The notes: generated by a model not told the origin, from the letters alone. A DNA stretch of 61,932 nucleotides from an uncultured Bacilli bacterium (GCA_944358795.1 CALVRW010000015.1:1-61932); one strand, 5' to 3'. Counted from the first letter of the stretch, positions 20,663-31,493 are shown. Made by a program: numbers and translations.

Positions 20663-20962
20663 TTATCTTTCTGCGTAAACGCTAGCTTGTTTTTTATCTT
20701 TTCCTACACGTTCAAATTTAACATATCCATCGATTTTCGCAAATAAAGTGTGGTCTTTTCCCATACCTACATTTTTACCTGGATAAATTCTTGTTCCACG
20801 TTGACGGTAGATAATAGATCCAGCAGTAATGAATTCTCCATCAGCAGCTTTTGCTCCTAGACGTTTTGATTCACTATCACGTCCGTTTTGTGTAGATCCT
20901 TGACCTTTTTTATGTGCAAATAATTGGATATTTAATTCCATTAATTTTAAGTTTTCTAACAT
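20663..20962 (-). CDS. rpmA: 50S ribosomal protein L27 with N-terminal propeptide
   Basis: ...LNIQLF|[24 protein letters not shown] AAGGAGGTGtcctc before the ATG at 20962. Confidence 0.95.
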   Translation of the reverse strand: MLENLKLMELNIQLFAHKKGQGSTQNGRDSESKRLGAKAADGEFITAGSIIYRQRGTRIYPGKNVGMGKDHTLFAKIDGYVKFERVGKDKKQASVYAER

Positions 20963-21276
20963 GAGGACACCTCCTTATTTAATTTTACATATTTTTGATA
21001 TTGTTTTTCTAATTTTTCAAGTAAATCTAATAAGTTCATGATTAATAAATCTACTACTTCATCATGATTAATAATCTTGATAGAAACAAATCCATCTTTT
21101 TCTTCATATTCAATACTATCGTTACGATATCTTACAATAGCATTCACAGTTGTAATGACCATACTACTTACAGAAGCACATACGATATCAAATCCACTTC
21201 TATCATAACCAGCATGTCCTTTTATTACAACTTCTTCAATTTGGTTTTCTTTCTTATAAATATTAACTTTTATCAT
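20956..21276 (-). CDS. prp: ribosomal-processing cysteine protease Prp
   Basis: 106 aa between rplU and rpmA, with [18 protein letters not shown] (His/Cys dyad). Confidence 0.85.
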   Translation of the reverse strand: MIKVNIYKKENQIEEVVIKGHAGYDRSGFDIVCASVSSMVITTVNAIVRYRNDSIEYEEKDGFVSIKIINHDEVVDLLIMNLLDLLEKLEKQYQKYVKLNKEVSSC

Positions 21277-21278
21277 TC

Positions 21279-21581
21279 TTATTTACAGTTAATAGATTTG
21301 ATTTCTACTTTTGTATATGGTTGACGGTGACCTTGTTTTTTACGGAATTTTTTCTTTGGATTGTAATGGAATACAATAATCTTCTTATTTTTTCCGTGTT
21401 TTAAAACAGTTCCTGTTACAGTTGCACCTTCAACATATGGATGTCCAACTTTTCCGTTTGCTAGTAATACTTTGTCAAAAGTAACTTCTTTTCCAGCTTC
21501 TACGTCTAATTTTTCAACGTATAAGATTGTTCCTTCATTAACAGCGTATTGCTTTCCACCAGTTTCAATAACAGCGTTCAT
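21279..21581 (-). CDS. rplU: 50S ribosomal protein L21
   Basis: [12 protein letters not shown]... is the classic L21 start. Confidence 0.95.
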   Translation of the reverse strand: MNAVIETGGKQYAVNEGTILYVEKLDVEAGKEVTFDKVLLANGKVGHPYVEGATVTGTVLKHGKNKKIIVFHYNPKKKFRKKQGHRQPYTKVEIKSINCK

Positions 21582-21584
21582 AAA

Positions 21585-21690
21585 TAACCTCCTTCATTTT
21601 TCTAAGACTCGCCGTAAAGGTACGAATATTCGTTTTATAAACCTTTAACCCGTGCGGTTGTAGTAACAGAGGTACTACACAATTAAAGAT
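21585..21690 (-). promoter_or_regulatory. structured 5' leader of rplU-prp-rpmA (possible L21-type leader)
   Basis: ~105-nt untranslated gap containing hairpin GTAGTAcctctgtTACTAC and a CCGCACGGG segment. Assigned by position only. Confidence 0.3.
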
Positions 21691-21694
21691 TTTA

Positions 21695-22456
21695 TCATAG
21701 TTTCCTTTTAAAGTCAAACATTCTATGAAGAAATTCTCGCTCGGAATAACATTTTTTTCCTTGGTAAAAAACATGACGATAATCGCGTTGCATCTTTTTT
21801 GTATTTTCTCCAAAAATCGTTTTATATTTTTTAAAAGGATAATAAGTTTGATAGCGTTCTAACAAGAATTTAGAAAAGACAAATTTTCTTCGTTGATACT
21901 CTCTTTTCCACTCTAAAAAAAGAAAGAAAAATGTTAAACATAAGATAAAATTAAAAGGATATGTAAGACAGTAAAAAATGAGACAAAATAAAGTTAACAT
22001 TGAAATAAACAGTGTTAGAATTTGACTTTCATAAAAAGATAAAACATAATTTCCAATTACTTGGAATAGTTTTGATCCATCTAACGGAACAATTGGTAGT
22101 AAATTAAATCCGAGTATCAAGTAATGATAATAAGAAAACATTGAGTCCTTAATCCAACACTTTAATAGCAAGTACCCAATCATCTGCATCATCGGTCCAG
22201 CTAACACAATTAAAAGTTCTTCTTTTAGGGGACGATTTAAACTTTCATGAAATAAAGTCAGTCCTCCAAACGGAAGAATGATAATTTTTTCGATGTTCCA
22301 ATGAAAAAAAGAAGACATCAAAATATGTCCACATTCATGAATGAAAATCAAAATCATAATCATAGAGAAATCTTTAAAATAACCGGTCATGATAGACACA
22401 ATCATGAAAACATAAAATAATAGATGAATCTGAGTTTTCCCATGCTTTTCTTTCAT
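21695..22456 (-). CDS. M50 site-2 metalloprotease, SpoIVFB-like
   Basis: HECGH (HExxH) in a TM helix plus FNLLPIVPLDGSK (NxxPxxxLDG). Located directly upstream of rplU, as in Bacillus. Confidence 0.75.
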   Translation of the reverse strand: MKEKHGKTQIHLLFYVFMIVSIMTGYFKDFSMIMILIFIHECGHILMSSFFHWNIEKIIILPFGGLTLFHESLNRPLKEELLIVLAGPMMQMIGYLLLKCWIKDSMFSYYHYLILGFNLLPIVPLDGSKLFQVIGNYVLSFYESQILTLFISMLTLFCLIFYCLTYPFNFILCLTFFFLFLEWKREYQRRKFVFSKFLLERYQTYYPFKKYKTIFGENTKKMQRDYRHVFYQGKKCYSEREFLHRMFDFKRKL

Positions 22457-22459
22457 TCC

Positions 22460-23062
22460 CTACTCCTTTATATAATCTTTATAATCTAAATTTTTTCCTT
22501 CCTTTTGAAATACAAGATACAAACTACGATCTTTCACTTGACCAATTAAATCCCCTTTTTCAACATAATCATATAATTTTACGTTCACTTCTGCTAAATT
22601 CCCATACCAAGTATCGACACCACTCATTCCTTGAATAATAACGGTTTGTCCATATCCTTCTTTTTTACCAATAAATACAACCATCCCACTTTCCATATTA
22701 GGAACCAAGTAATTTTTATCAACAGTTAGTTTTACCCCATCACGGTAAAGACTTTGATCTTGATAAGCTAATGATTCTTGAAATACCGTTGTTACTGGTT
22801 GTTTAATAAATTCTTGAAAAGGAATGGGACTACCAAAATAAGTTTGATAAAGTTGATTTACTTTGGCAAAAGAAAAGTTCTTTATAAAAACTTCTTTATA
22901 AAATTTCGTTTTTAAACTGGTATTACTTTTCAAAGTAATTAGCGTAAGAAGGGTTAGTACCGTTACAATTAATAATTTGGTTATATACTTCGTAATGAAT
23001 AAACTTCCTTTATTTTCTTTCTGTATTTTTTTCACTCGTTTCTTTTTTTTCCGTTTGTCCAT
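22460..23062 (-). CDS. degenerate M23/LytM-domain membrane protein, SpoIVFA-like position
   Basis: One TM segment. The C-terminal LytM barrel pattern GMVVFIGKKEGYGQTVIIQG...WYGNL...GDLIGQV has its metal-ligand His positions replaced (Q, G). Confidence 0.6.
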   Translation of the reverse strand: MDKRKKKKRVKKIQKENKGSLFITKYITKLLIVTVLTLLTLITLKSNTSLKTKFYKEVFIKNFSFAKVNQLYQTYFGSPIPFQEFIKQPVTTVFQESLAYQDQSLYRDGVKLTVDKNYLVPNMESGMVVFIGKKEGYGQTVIIQGMSGVDTWYGNLAEVNVKLYDYVEKGDLIGQVKDRSLYLVFQKEGKNLDYKDYIKE

Positions 23063-23114
23063 CCTATCACCAATAAAATTTTATGATACAAAAAAAGGAA
23101 TTATGAGCAAATTC

Positions 23115-23615
23115 CTAATCAATTTTTCTAATATGGTATTTTTTTGCAAAAAAATCGGTAATGAGATAAACGATACTGACATAAAATAAATTTAATAATA
23201 ATGAAGAAAAGATGCTTTCCCATAATCGTTCCATATGAAAGGCAAATAACCCGGATAAACATAAAATTCCATATTCCATTACTCGATAAAGAAAGATTAT
23301 GACTACACTAATTAAAATAACACTAAAGACATTATTACTAAACAATTGATTCAGAAAACAAATAAATAGTCCTAATAGAACAAAGAGTACCAAATTCATC
23401 ATTAAAGTATCTGTAAATACAACATCATATAAAAAACCAATTCCAGCGCAAACTTTTAAATAATTTGTTTTTTCTCCATTAAAATATGGATAAATAATAA
23501 TAAGCGAAATTAAAGTAAATAATGGAACAAAGAGATTGGTATCTAACGGTATAAAATTACTTATGATACTTTCTAAAAAGAAAGAGAAAATGAGAACAAC
23601 AACTACGATTGTCAC
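23115..23615 (-). CDS. mreD: rod shape-determining protein MreD
   Basis: 166-aa polytopic membrane protein, overlapping and downstream of mreC. Confidence 0.7.
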   Translation of the reverse strand: MTIVVVVLIFSFFLESIISNFIPLDTNLFVPLFTLISLIIIYPYFNGEKTNYLKVCAGIGFLYDVVFTDTLMMNLVLFVLLGLFICFLNQLFSNNVFSVILISVVIIFLYRVMEYGILCLSGLFAFHMERLWESIFSSLLLNLFYVSIVYLITDFFAKKYHIRKID

Positions 23616-24475
23616 TTTGTCTCATCCTTTCTTTTTAACACGGTTACATAATTTAAATCATCGTAATCAACAGTACCTTCTACAATAACTGTTTTTGCTA
23701 AATCAAAATTATCCGTTTTGATACTTTTTACTTTTCCTATCATGATTCCACTTGGAAAAATATCTCCCATTCCGGTTGTCGTTACAATGGATCCTTTTGG
23801 AATTTTCATATTTGTTGAAATTCCTTCAATCGAAAATGTTCGATTTTTTTTATTATAACCAGATAATAAACCATAAACATATTGATCTCCAACTTGAATT
23901 TTAACAGAAATCTTATTATTTGCATCATCACTCGTTAATAATTTTACTGTACTATTAAAAGCAGTTGTTTTGATAACTTTTCCAACAAGTCCTTCACTTA
24001 CAATGACTGCCATATCTTTTTTAACACCATTTTTTTCACCTTTATCAATCGTAATCGTATTATACCAATATCCTAAATTACGATTCACTACAGTAGCATT
24101 CAAATAACTACTTTCTCCTAAGACATGATTTAATTCTAATGTTTTTTTCATATCTTCTACTTCTTTTTTTAATTCTAAACGTTCTGCATTAATTAATTCC
24201 GTTTCTTTTACTTTCTTCTCTAATTTTTTATATTTTTCATATAAATCTTGTTTTTCCTGATATTCCGTAATTTTATCTTTAACAAACTTAATTGGTGCAT
24301 AGACTACTTTATTAGCTAGTAAAACGGTATCTTTAATACTCTTTTCAATCGGTGATAATTCTCTTTCTGTTCTAACAATATTCGTTATCATTCCTAGTAC
24401 AATAGCAACAATAACAACCACAATTAATATCATATATTTTTTTTCTAATTTATTTTTTCTATACACATGAATCAC
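23612..24475 (-). CDS. mreC: rod shape-determining protein MreC
   Basis: TM segment, coiled coil, then beta-barrel domains (GLVGKVIKT...FPSGIMIGKV). Confidence 0.85.
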   Translation of the reverse strand: MIHVYRKNKLEKKYMILIVVVIVAIVLGMITNIVRTERELSPIEKSIKDTVLLANKVVYAPIKFVKDKITEYQEKQDLYEKYKKLEKKVKETELINAERLELKKEVEDMKKTLELNHVLGESSYLNATVVNRNLGYWYNTITIDKGEKNGVKKDMAVIVSEGLVGKVIKTTAFNSTVKLLTSDDANNKISVKIQVGDQYVYGLLSGYNKKNRTFSIEGISTNMKIPKGSIVTTTGMGDIFPSGIMIGKVKSIKTDNFDLAKTVIVEGTVDYDDLNYVTVLKRKDETK

Positions 24476-24513
24476 CTATCTCATTATAATATATTTTGCA
24501 GTACTTTAAAAGA

Positions 24514-25200
24514 TTAAATATCATGGTTTTCAAAAAAACTATAGTATTTTTTACGACTAATAATAATATGATCAATCACAGGAATTCCAAGTATTTTCCC
24601 TGTTTCAACTAATTGTTCTGTTACCATAATATCCATTTCTGATGGTAGGACATTGCCACTTGGATGATTGTGAATACAAATAATAGAACTTGCACTAATT
24701 AAACATGCTTCTTTAAATATTTCTCTTGGATGAATCGTACTATAATTAATCGTACCAATAAATAATAATTTTTCTTTCAAGATTCGTTTTTGATTATCTA
24801 AATAAATACCATAAAAATATTCTTGTTTTTTGGTTGCTAACGTATCTTTATAATAATCATAAATCATTGCTGCTGTTTTGAATTTTTCTTGATATAACTC
24901 AGGCTTTTTTGTCCCCATTCTTCTACCAAACTCTAATGCGGCTAAAAGAGTCATCGCTTTTACTGTTCCAATCCCTTTAATCTCTTTTAATCGTTCTATC
25001 GTTAACTGCTCTATATCATCTAGAGATTCTATTAAGGATAACACTTTCATTGCGACTAATTTTACATTTTCTCCCCTTGGGCCACTTTGTAATAAAATAG
25101 AAACTAAATCTTCGTTAGAAATGGAATTAAGTTCTTGCTTTAAAAAACGTTCTCTTGGTCTATCATCTTTTGGTAGTGTTTTGATTGTCACCGCCATCAA
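24514..25200 (-). CDS. radC: RadC-family JAB-domain protein
   Basis: HhH region followed by the HNHPSG JAMM motif. Confidence 0.9.
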   Translation of the reverse strand: MMAVTIKTLPKDDRPRERFLKQELNSISNEDLVSILLQSGPRGENVKLVAMKVLSLIESLDDIEQLTIERLKEIKGIGTVKAMTLLAALEFGRRMGTKKPELYQEKFKTAAMIYDYYKDTLATKKQEYFYGIYLDNQKRILKEKLLFIGTINYSTIHPREIFKEACLISASSIICIHNHPSGNVLPSEMDIMVTEQLVETGKILGIPVIDHIIISRKKYYSFFENHDI

Positions 25201-25660
25201 TTACCAACTCCTTGTAACTTGTTAGAACATTCGAAATAATGACACGAATGGTATCGATATCTTCTGTTTGTTCTAACAATGTATCATATTTAGAAAGTTG
25301 ATCTAAAAATCCAATCGAATGAATTACGATATCTTTCACATAAATAACATACCCTAATTCTTGATAATATCCTTTTAATTTTTCAATATTTTTTTTATTT
25401 TTCGTAACTCCTACATAAGCATGATACTTTCCATCTTCTTCCATATAGATATAATTTTCTAACCCCTCTAAATTTTTTTTCATACTCTCAATCGTAGAAT
25501 ATACTCCCACTTGTAAAAAGGAAGCGGATTCTCCATCTAACTTACTCATAACAGGTAAACTTACATTTTCAATTTCATATTGTGAAAACATAAATTTTCC
25601 CATAAGAAAACCAATGAATAAAGCGCTCAATACTGGTACAAGCATATATTTTAATTTCAT
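25163..25660 (-). CDS. membrane-anchored SPOR-like domain protein
   Basis: I prefer the start MKLKYML (RBS GGTGATact). One TM segment, then FLQVGVYSTIESMKKNLEGL...YHAYVGV, which resembles a SPOR repeat. Confidence 0.5.
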   Translation of the reverse strand: MKLKYMLVPVLSALFIGFLMGKFMFSQYEIENVSLPVMSKLDGESASFLQVGVYSTIESMKKNLEGLENYIYMEEDGKYHAYVGVTKNKKNIEKLKGYYQELGYVIYVKDIVIHSIGFLDQLSKYDTLLEQTEDIDTIRVIISNVLTSYKELVIDGGDNQNTTKR

Positions 25661-25726
25661 AGTATCACCAAGATTATCATAACAAAAAAAGAACCCTATT
25701 TTTGTCGAAATAAGGCTCAATCATAA

Positions 25727-26104
25727 TTAGTGTAATTTTCGTTCGATACGATACACTTTTTGTGGTTCCTTCTCCTTTGGTTTCGTTAGTTCCTCTTTCA
25801 TCATTTCAATTTCATAAATAATTTGTTGTTTCTCTCGAATCTCTTCTTGTAACTCTAATTGTTTATCTTCTAATGTCTGTTCTGAAATCGACTCTTTCAT
25901 CATCGTTTTTATTTCATCTAACGTAAATCCAAATCGTTTCAATAAGATTATTTTTTTACAATCTTCTAAGTTTTGTAAATCATACATTCGATACTTGGTA
26001 AACGGATCAACGGAATTTGGTTTCAAAAGATCAATTTCATCATAATAACGAATCGTCTTAATCGGTAACTCTGTTATTTCTGAAAATTCTCCAATTCGAT
26101 ACAT
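25727..26104 (-). CDS. MerR-family transcriptional regulator
   Basis: MYRIGEFSEITELPIKTIRYYDEIDLL HTH. Confidence 0.8.
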   Translation of the reverse strand: MYRIGEFSEITELPIKTIRYYDEIDLLKPNSVDPFTKYRMYDLQNLEDCKKIILLKRFGFTLDEIKTMMKESISEQTLEDKQLELQEEIREKQQIIYEIEMMKEELTKPKEKEPQKVYRIERKLH

Positions 26105-26204
26105 CGTATCCCTCCTCGTTTTATACTATAACACTCCAGTTAACTGGAAAGTCAAGTGGTTACTTGTATCATGGCAAAAAAAGAAAGAATGTGCAAATTC
26201 TTTC

Positions 26205-27908
26205 TTAAAAATACCAATCAGGAAGCCAACGCATTGATTCAATTTTCTTTTCAGAAATTGGTGTTCCTGAAGTAACTGGTAAAAAGTAGATAAAACATAG
26301 AATTACAATACATAAGAAAATAGGAATAATCATATAAAGTTTTGTTTTCTCTACTAAATCTTTTACTAATTTTGTAAGTGCTAACATGACAAATGGTAAT
26401 GCTGGATAATAATGATATAAGAACATACAACGACCAATCACTAAATATGGGAAGAATAGACATAAGAAGGCAATCACTAAGATAAATACTGATTTTTCCT
26501 TTTTCCAAGCACGATAGAAGCAATAAATCATTGCAAGTGCTCCAGTCCACCAAATAACAATATTTCCTAACCCACTAATTGTTCCACGCATACCATCTAC
26601 TGTACTACTTGTATAATACCAAACTGGTTTTAACATGAGTGGCCAAGTATACCATTCCGATGAGAAAGAATGCGTCGCATTTAACGTAGAATGATAATCA
26701 TACATTGCCGACGTGATATCGAAGAAATCTTGTAAACTAGAAATATGATAAATAGAAACATCAGGGAATAAAAAATAACAACCTAAATAAACAGTTAGAG
26801 GAAAGAATACAAAGAAGATAAAACAACTTCCGATAATCTTTATCATTTCTTTCTTACTTTTTTCTGTTATTTTCTTCTTATTTAAGAAATAAGTACGATA
26901 AAAGTGAACAAAGAATACAATTGCAAGACCTAGTCCAGCAAATAATCCAGTCCATTTTGTTGCAATGGCAAGAGAAATACTGATACCGGACAATCCTAAG
27001 AATAATAATTTACGTGATAGTTTCGTATCGCTTGGTAAATCGATATAACGATACATGAAATAATAAGACGTTAAAATAAATAATGTAAGATGGGTATCCA
27101 TCGTCCCTATTCTAGCTTGAGCAAAATGGAAATTATCGAATACCATGAATAATGCTGATAATAAAGCAAATCCACGATTTTTAAATAATGCTTTCCCAAA
27201 TAAATACATTACAGCAATTAATAAAATTCCACTGATATTTCCCATGAGACGGTAATAAAATGGTGCCATACCAAATAAGGCAACTGGAATTGCTTGAATT
27301 AATTTTGCAAGTGGTGGATGAACCCATTCATAAGAAGGAAGTCCATTGGCATATTCATACGCTGCTCTTGCAAAATAAACTTCATCAAAATAAGTACTAT
27401 TTTTATAACTAATTGTTTCTGGAACAGTATCTTGCTCATCTAAAAGTACCACATCGTCTTTGTTTATCGCTCGAATTCTTGCTCCACCATCTAATGTAAA
27501 TTCTCCTAAAGATGCTTCTTCTGTATTTGATACTAATTTTAAATACCGCAATTCATTTGTTGGCATAAATTCTAAGTCATACCATCCAAAGACATAATCT
27601 TCTTCTTTGGTATTTCCTAATAACTCATAGTTTTCTCCATCTTCTGACCCATATACAAGATAAGACCCCTGTTTTGGACCAACAAAATATCGCATCTTAG
27701 TTACTTTACCTGTAACACCAGATACTTCATAAACATGAGAAGAATTGACTTTGTCATCCACAATAAAGGTCTGAGGATTGGTCATACTCCCTAAATTGAT
27801 AAAAGAAAATATTCCATATCCAAGTAAAATAACACCTAAAATAATTACATCAATGATATCTATTTTTGCTGTTTCCTTCTTCGTAAAAAATTGTTTTAAC
27901 CATTTCAT
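26205..27908 (-). CDS. polytopic glycosyltransferase, GT39/PMT-like (phospholipid-carrier dependent)
   Basis: 567 aa: a TM segment, a ~130-aa extracytoplasmic beta domain, then ~10 TM segments and the C-terminal ...WLPDWYF typical of the PMT_2/4TMC architecture. Confidence 0.7.
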   Translation of the reverse strand: MKWLKQFFTKKETAKIDIIDVIILGVILLGYGIFSFINLGSMTNPQTFIVDDKVNSSHVYEVSGVTGKVTKMRYFVGPKQGSYLVYGSEDGENYELLGNTKEEDYVFGWYDLEFMPTNELRYLKLVSNTEEASLGEFTLDGGARIRAINKDDVVLLDEQDTVPETISYKNSTYFDEVYFARAAYEYANGLPSYEWVHPPLAKLIQAIPVALFGMAPFYYRLMGNISGILLIAVMYLFGKALFKNRGFALLSALFMVFDNFHFAQARIGTMDTHLTLFILTSYYFMYRYIDLPSDTKLSRKLLFLGLSGISISLAIATKWTGLFAGLGLAIVFFVHFYRTYFLNKKKITEKSKKEMIKIIGSCFIFFVFFPLTVYLGCYFLFPDVSIYHISSLQDFFDITSAMYDYHSTLNATHSFSSEWYTWPLMLKPVWYYTSSTVDGMRGTISGLGNIVIWWTGALAMIYCFYRAWKKEKSVFILVIAFLCLFFPYLVIGRCMFLYHYYPALPFVMLALTKLVKDLVEKTKLYMIIPIFLCIVILCFIYFLPVTSGTPISEKKIESMRWLPDWYF

Positions 27909-28004
27909 ATTAGTATCACCATACCCATTATATCGAAAAATTAAAAAAATTGAAAGAACTTTATTGCAAGAAAAAGAGCCCCGAATCCGTAGACCCTAGC
28001 CCTT

Positions 28005-29270
28005 TTATTTAATCATAAAACTAACACCTTTCTTTTCATTTTTTACAGTTATTTCATAGCCACAATAGAAAATGGTTTTCTTTACGATGGAAAGTCCTAA
28101 TCCAAATTGTCCATTTATTCCTTTCTTGTAAGGAGTGAATATATCAGAAAGGATATTTGGATCAATGTTAGGTCCATCATTATATAACGTAATAGTATTT
28201 TTCTTAATTGTTACTTTTATTTTCTTTTCGGCATATCTGACAAAATTACCAAGTAAATTATAAATTACAGCTTCCCACATATCTTCAGTTCCAGTAAAAA
28301 TACTGTTATTATCAATGGAAATCTCCCATTTTACGTTTGGTGCTTGCAATTTAAAATCTTGGGCAGCTTTTCGTATTACAAGAGCAACATCTGTTTTAGA
28401 ACTTCGAAATTCTTTAGAATCTTTGATATAGTTTAGTTTATTAAGGTATAGTAAGGAGTGTACTTTTGATTCTAATTTCATAACTTCATCATTAATAATT
28501 TCAAGTCCTTTTTCCGTTGTTTCTACACCGTCATCAATTGCTTCAATATAAGATTTTATTACCGTGAGAGGAGTTTTAAAATCGTGCGAGATATTTTGAT
28601 ACATTTGGTTTTTATATTCTTCTTGCTCTTTTAACGTAATCCGCATTTCATCAATGGTATCAGATAACATTTTAAGTTCATCATCTTCCGCATATTTATA
28701 ATGATCCTGATACTCATCATTTGAAATATTGTCTACTTTCTCTTTTAGATGTTCTATTTTTTTCACTAATTTTCGTGACCATAAAATGAATAGTCCAACT
28801 GCGACTAAAAATGTCACTAATAACAACGGTATAATGGTATATAAAACATCTTGTCTCATCTCTTTTATATAGCTGTCATTGGTGATGGATACTTTTTTTA
28901 TATAGTCACTATATGAAGTACTATAATAATAAGTATTCCCATGGTAGTTGATTTTACCATATTCTTTATTGGTATACTTTAAAACTTGTCCTGGCGTAGC
29001 ACGCTTAAATAATTTATGAAAATTATCAGAAGCAATGATCTCATTATCTGCAGTAACGTAGAGGTATACGACATCACTTGCTAATTTATTTTCACTAATA
29101 CCATTATCGAGTAATTCTAAGGGTTGCTTTAAATATTGATATATATTATTTTCATAAATAGGCAGTAAGGTATTGGGTAAAATAATTCCCAGTGCAAATA
29201 GTACAATTCCAAATATGATCGCACTAATTTCTAGTAGTTGTTTTGATAAATCTGATTTTAAATTTCTCAT
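28005..29270 (-). CDS. sensor histidine kinase
   Basis: Two TM segments, H-box SHDFKTPLT, and N/G boxes (NLLGNFVRYA, GLGLSIV). Confidence 0.85.
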   Translation of the reverse strand: MRNLKSDLSKQLLEISAIIFGIVLFALGIILPNTLLPIYENNIYQYLKQPLELLDNGISENKLASDVVYLYVTADNEIIASDNFHKLFKRATPGQVLKYTNKEYGKINYHGNTYYYSTSYSDYIKKVSITNDSYIKEMRQDVLYTIIPLLLVTFLVAVGLFILWSRKLVKKIEHLKEKVDNISNDEYQDHYKYAEDDELKMLSDTIDEMRITLKEQEEYKNQMYQNISHDFKTPLTVIKSYIEAIDDGVETTEKGLEIINDEVMKLESKVHSLLYLNKLNYIKDSKEFRSSKTDVALVIRKAAQDFKLQAPNVKWEISIDNNSIFTGTEDMWEAVIYNLLGNFVRYAEKKIKVTIKKNTITLYNDGPNIDPNILSDIFTPYKKGINGQFGLGLSIVKKTIFYCGYEITVKNEKKGVSFMIK

Positions 29271-29929
29271 ATAAATCGATATCCAAACCCATATAATGTA
29301 TTAATTCTAATATTTGGCATCTTCTTTCTTAGACGACGCACTAAATCATCCACTACACGGTCACTACCAAAATAGTCTGGTCCCCAAATATTTTTTAAGA
29401 TATCATCACGACTAAATGATTTATTTTTATTAGTTAAAAACATAATTAATAAATCAAATTCTAGTGTTGTTAAATTGATTTCTTTTCCATTTTCGGTTAC
29501 CACTCTTGTGTCTTTATCAATTTCATATGTTTCATAATGTACTTTATTTGTATCATGAGAATATACTCGTTTTAAAATTCTTCCAACTCTTAAAACTAGC
29601 TCTTTAGGGGAATATGGTTTTGTGATATAATCATCACTTCCAAGTTCTAATCCGATTATTTTATCTAGATCTTGATCTCTGGCAGAAGTAAAGATAACAG
29701 GAACTTCACTATCGGTTTCGCGTATTTTTTTTATAATATCATATCCACTAACAGTATCTCCTAACATAATATCTAAGATCCATAAGTGAACTTCATTTCC
29801 AACATAATTGATTGCGTCTGTTCCATTATAAAAGTTGATTACTTCATATCCTTCTTTTTCAAGATACGTTTTAATTAAATTATTTAAATTATTTTCATCT
29901 TCTACCAAACAAATTTTATACATATCCAC
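29267..29929 (-). CDS. OmpR-family response regulator
   Basis: Receiver domain (LVEDE...DIMLGD...KP) plus a winged-helix C-terminus (GFGYRF). Confidence 0.9.
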   Translation of the reverse strand: MDMYKICLVEDENNLNNLIKTYLEKEGYEVINFYNGTDAINYVGNEVHLWILDIMLGDTVSGYDIIKKIRETDSEVPVIFTSARDQDLDKIIGLELGSDDYITKPYSPKELVLRVGRILKRVYSHDTNKVHYETYEIDKDTRVVTENGKEINLTTLEFDLLIMFLTNKNKSFSRDDILKNIWGPDYFGSDRVVDDLVRRLRKKMPNIRINTLYGFGYRFI

Positions 29930-30142
29930 ACCTCGTTATTAGTATATCATGATTTTCTTCTCTTTTCTAGCTTATCACATCCTTTCTAAGGCTTATATAA
30001 CATCAAGATTTATTTAAAATTTTCATTATTTACTTCTTTTATTTTTGAATTATTTTTTCTTTCTATCACCTCCGACACTAACATCATACCAATGAATTAC
30101 GGATAGATTATTAAAAAACTATGGGAAATTATGGAATTGAAA

Positions 30143-30168
30143 AATATCTTGCATCAAACGCAAGATAT
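30143..30168 (-). terminator. rho-independent terminator after obg
   Basis: Minus strand reads AAATATCTTGCgtttgatGCAAGATATTT followed by TTTC. Confidence 0.5.
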
Positions 30169-30169
30169 T

Positions 30170-31444
30170 TTATTGTCGATATTCAAATTCATAGTCTAAA
30201 ATACGGATATAATCTCCATCTTGAGCACCAAGTTCTTGGAGTTTATCATCAATTCCTAATTTTCTTAACTTTCTAGAAAAACGTAAGAATGCTTCTTCAG
30301 TTGTAAATTTTGTTAATTTGAAAATCTTCTCTATTTCTTCGCCACGAATTACCCAAACATCACCATCTTTGGTAATCGTAAATGGTTGTTCTTTCTTAAA
30401 TTTATATAATACATGACTTTCAAATTTTTCTTCTTCATATAATGGTTTTTTCGCAATATGATCTAACATATCTGATAATTCATGAATGACTGGTCCAAGT
30501 CCATCTGCATGAAGAGCTGAAATTGGAAATACTTTTACATCCGGATATTTTTCTTGGAATTGTTCTAAGTTTTCCATTGCTCCTTCTAAATCCATTTTAT
30601 TGGCAATGACAACTTGTGGTTTTTCCATCATCTTTTTATTAAAGGCTTCTAATTCATGATTAATAATTTCAAAGTCTTCGATTGGACTTCTTCCTTCAAA
30701 TCCACTCATATCAATAATATGAGCAATTACTCTTGTTCGTTCAATATGTTTTAAGAAACGATCTCCTAGTCCTTCTCCTAATGATGCTCCTTTAATTAAA
30801 CCTGGTAAATCGGCAACAACAAATGATTTTCCCTCACCAGCACGAACAACTCCTAAATTTGGCTTTAACGTTGTAAAGTGATAAGCAGCAATTTTAGGCT
30901 TACTAGCAGATATTTTAGAAATAAAAGTTGATTTCCCAACACTTGGCATTCCTACTAGTCCGACATCCGCAAGTAGTTTTAATTCTACTTTTACTTTTAA
31001 ATGTTCCCCTTCTTCTCCATTTTCTGAATAACTTGGAGCTGGATTAGAACGAGTTGCAAAGGCAATATTACCTCGTCCACCACGACCTCCTTTTGCAACA
31101 ACAACTTGTTCTTTATTCTTTGTTAAGTCAGCAATAATTAAACCTGTATCTAAATCTGTAATAACAGTTCCTAGTGGTACCCTTACTATTTCATCTTCTG
31201 CTTTTCTACCGTGCATTCCTTTTCCTTGGCCATTTTCTCCTTTTTTTCCTTTAATTAATTTTTTATATCGTAAATCAATTAATGTGTTGAGTCCTTCATC
31301 TACTTCAAAAATGATACTACCACCATTTCCTCCGTTTCCACCAGCTGGTCCTCCCATTTCAACATATTTTTCACGACGGAATGCCATACATCCGTCTCCA
31401 CCATTACCGGCCATTAATTCTACGATTACTTCATCTATAAACAT
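30170..31444 (-). CDS. obg: GTPase Obg/CgtA
   Basis: Gly-rich Obg fold (GGDGCMAFRREK...GGNGG), G1 GMPSVGKST, G3 DLPG, NKMD, and a C-terminal OCT domain. Confidence 0.95.
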   Translation of the reverse strand: MFIDEVIVELMAGNGGDGCMAFRREKYVEMGGPAGGNGGNGGSIIFEVDEGLNTLIDLRYKKLIKGKKGENGQGKGMHGRKAEDEIVRVPLGTVITDLDTGLIIADLTKNKEQVVVAKGGRGGRGNIAFATRSNPAPSYSENGEEGEHLKVKVELKLLADVGLVGMPSVGKSTFISKISASKPKIAAYHFTTLKPNLGVVRAGEGKSFVVADLPGLIKGASLGEGLGDRFLKHIERTRVIAHIIDMSGFEGRSPIEDFEIINHELEAFNKKMMEKPQVVIANKMDLEGAMENLEQFQEKYPDVKVFPISALHADGLGPVIHELSDMLDHIAKKPLYEEEKFESHVLYKFKKEQPFTITKDGDVWVIRGEEIEKIFKLTKFTTEEAFLRFSRKLRKLGIDDKLQELGAQDGDYIRILDYEFEYRQ

Positions 31445-31493
31445 AGTATCACCTCTTCGTCCCTCTTATTATACATGAAAATTTCTTTAAAAC

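Noticed and set aside
21565-21813. An 82-aa ORF spanning the rplU leader and the end of the M50 protease gene.
   Set aside because: It overlaps a supported CDS and the 5' UTR of rplU, and has no RBS. It is likely spurious.
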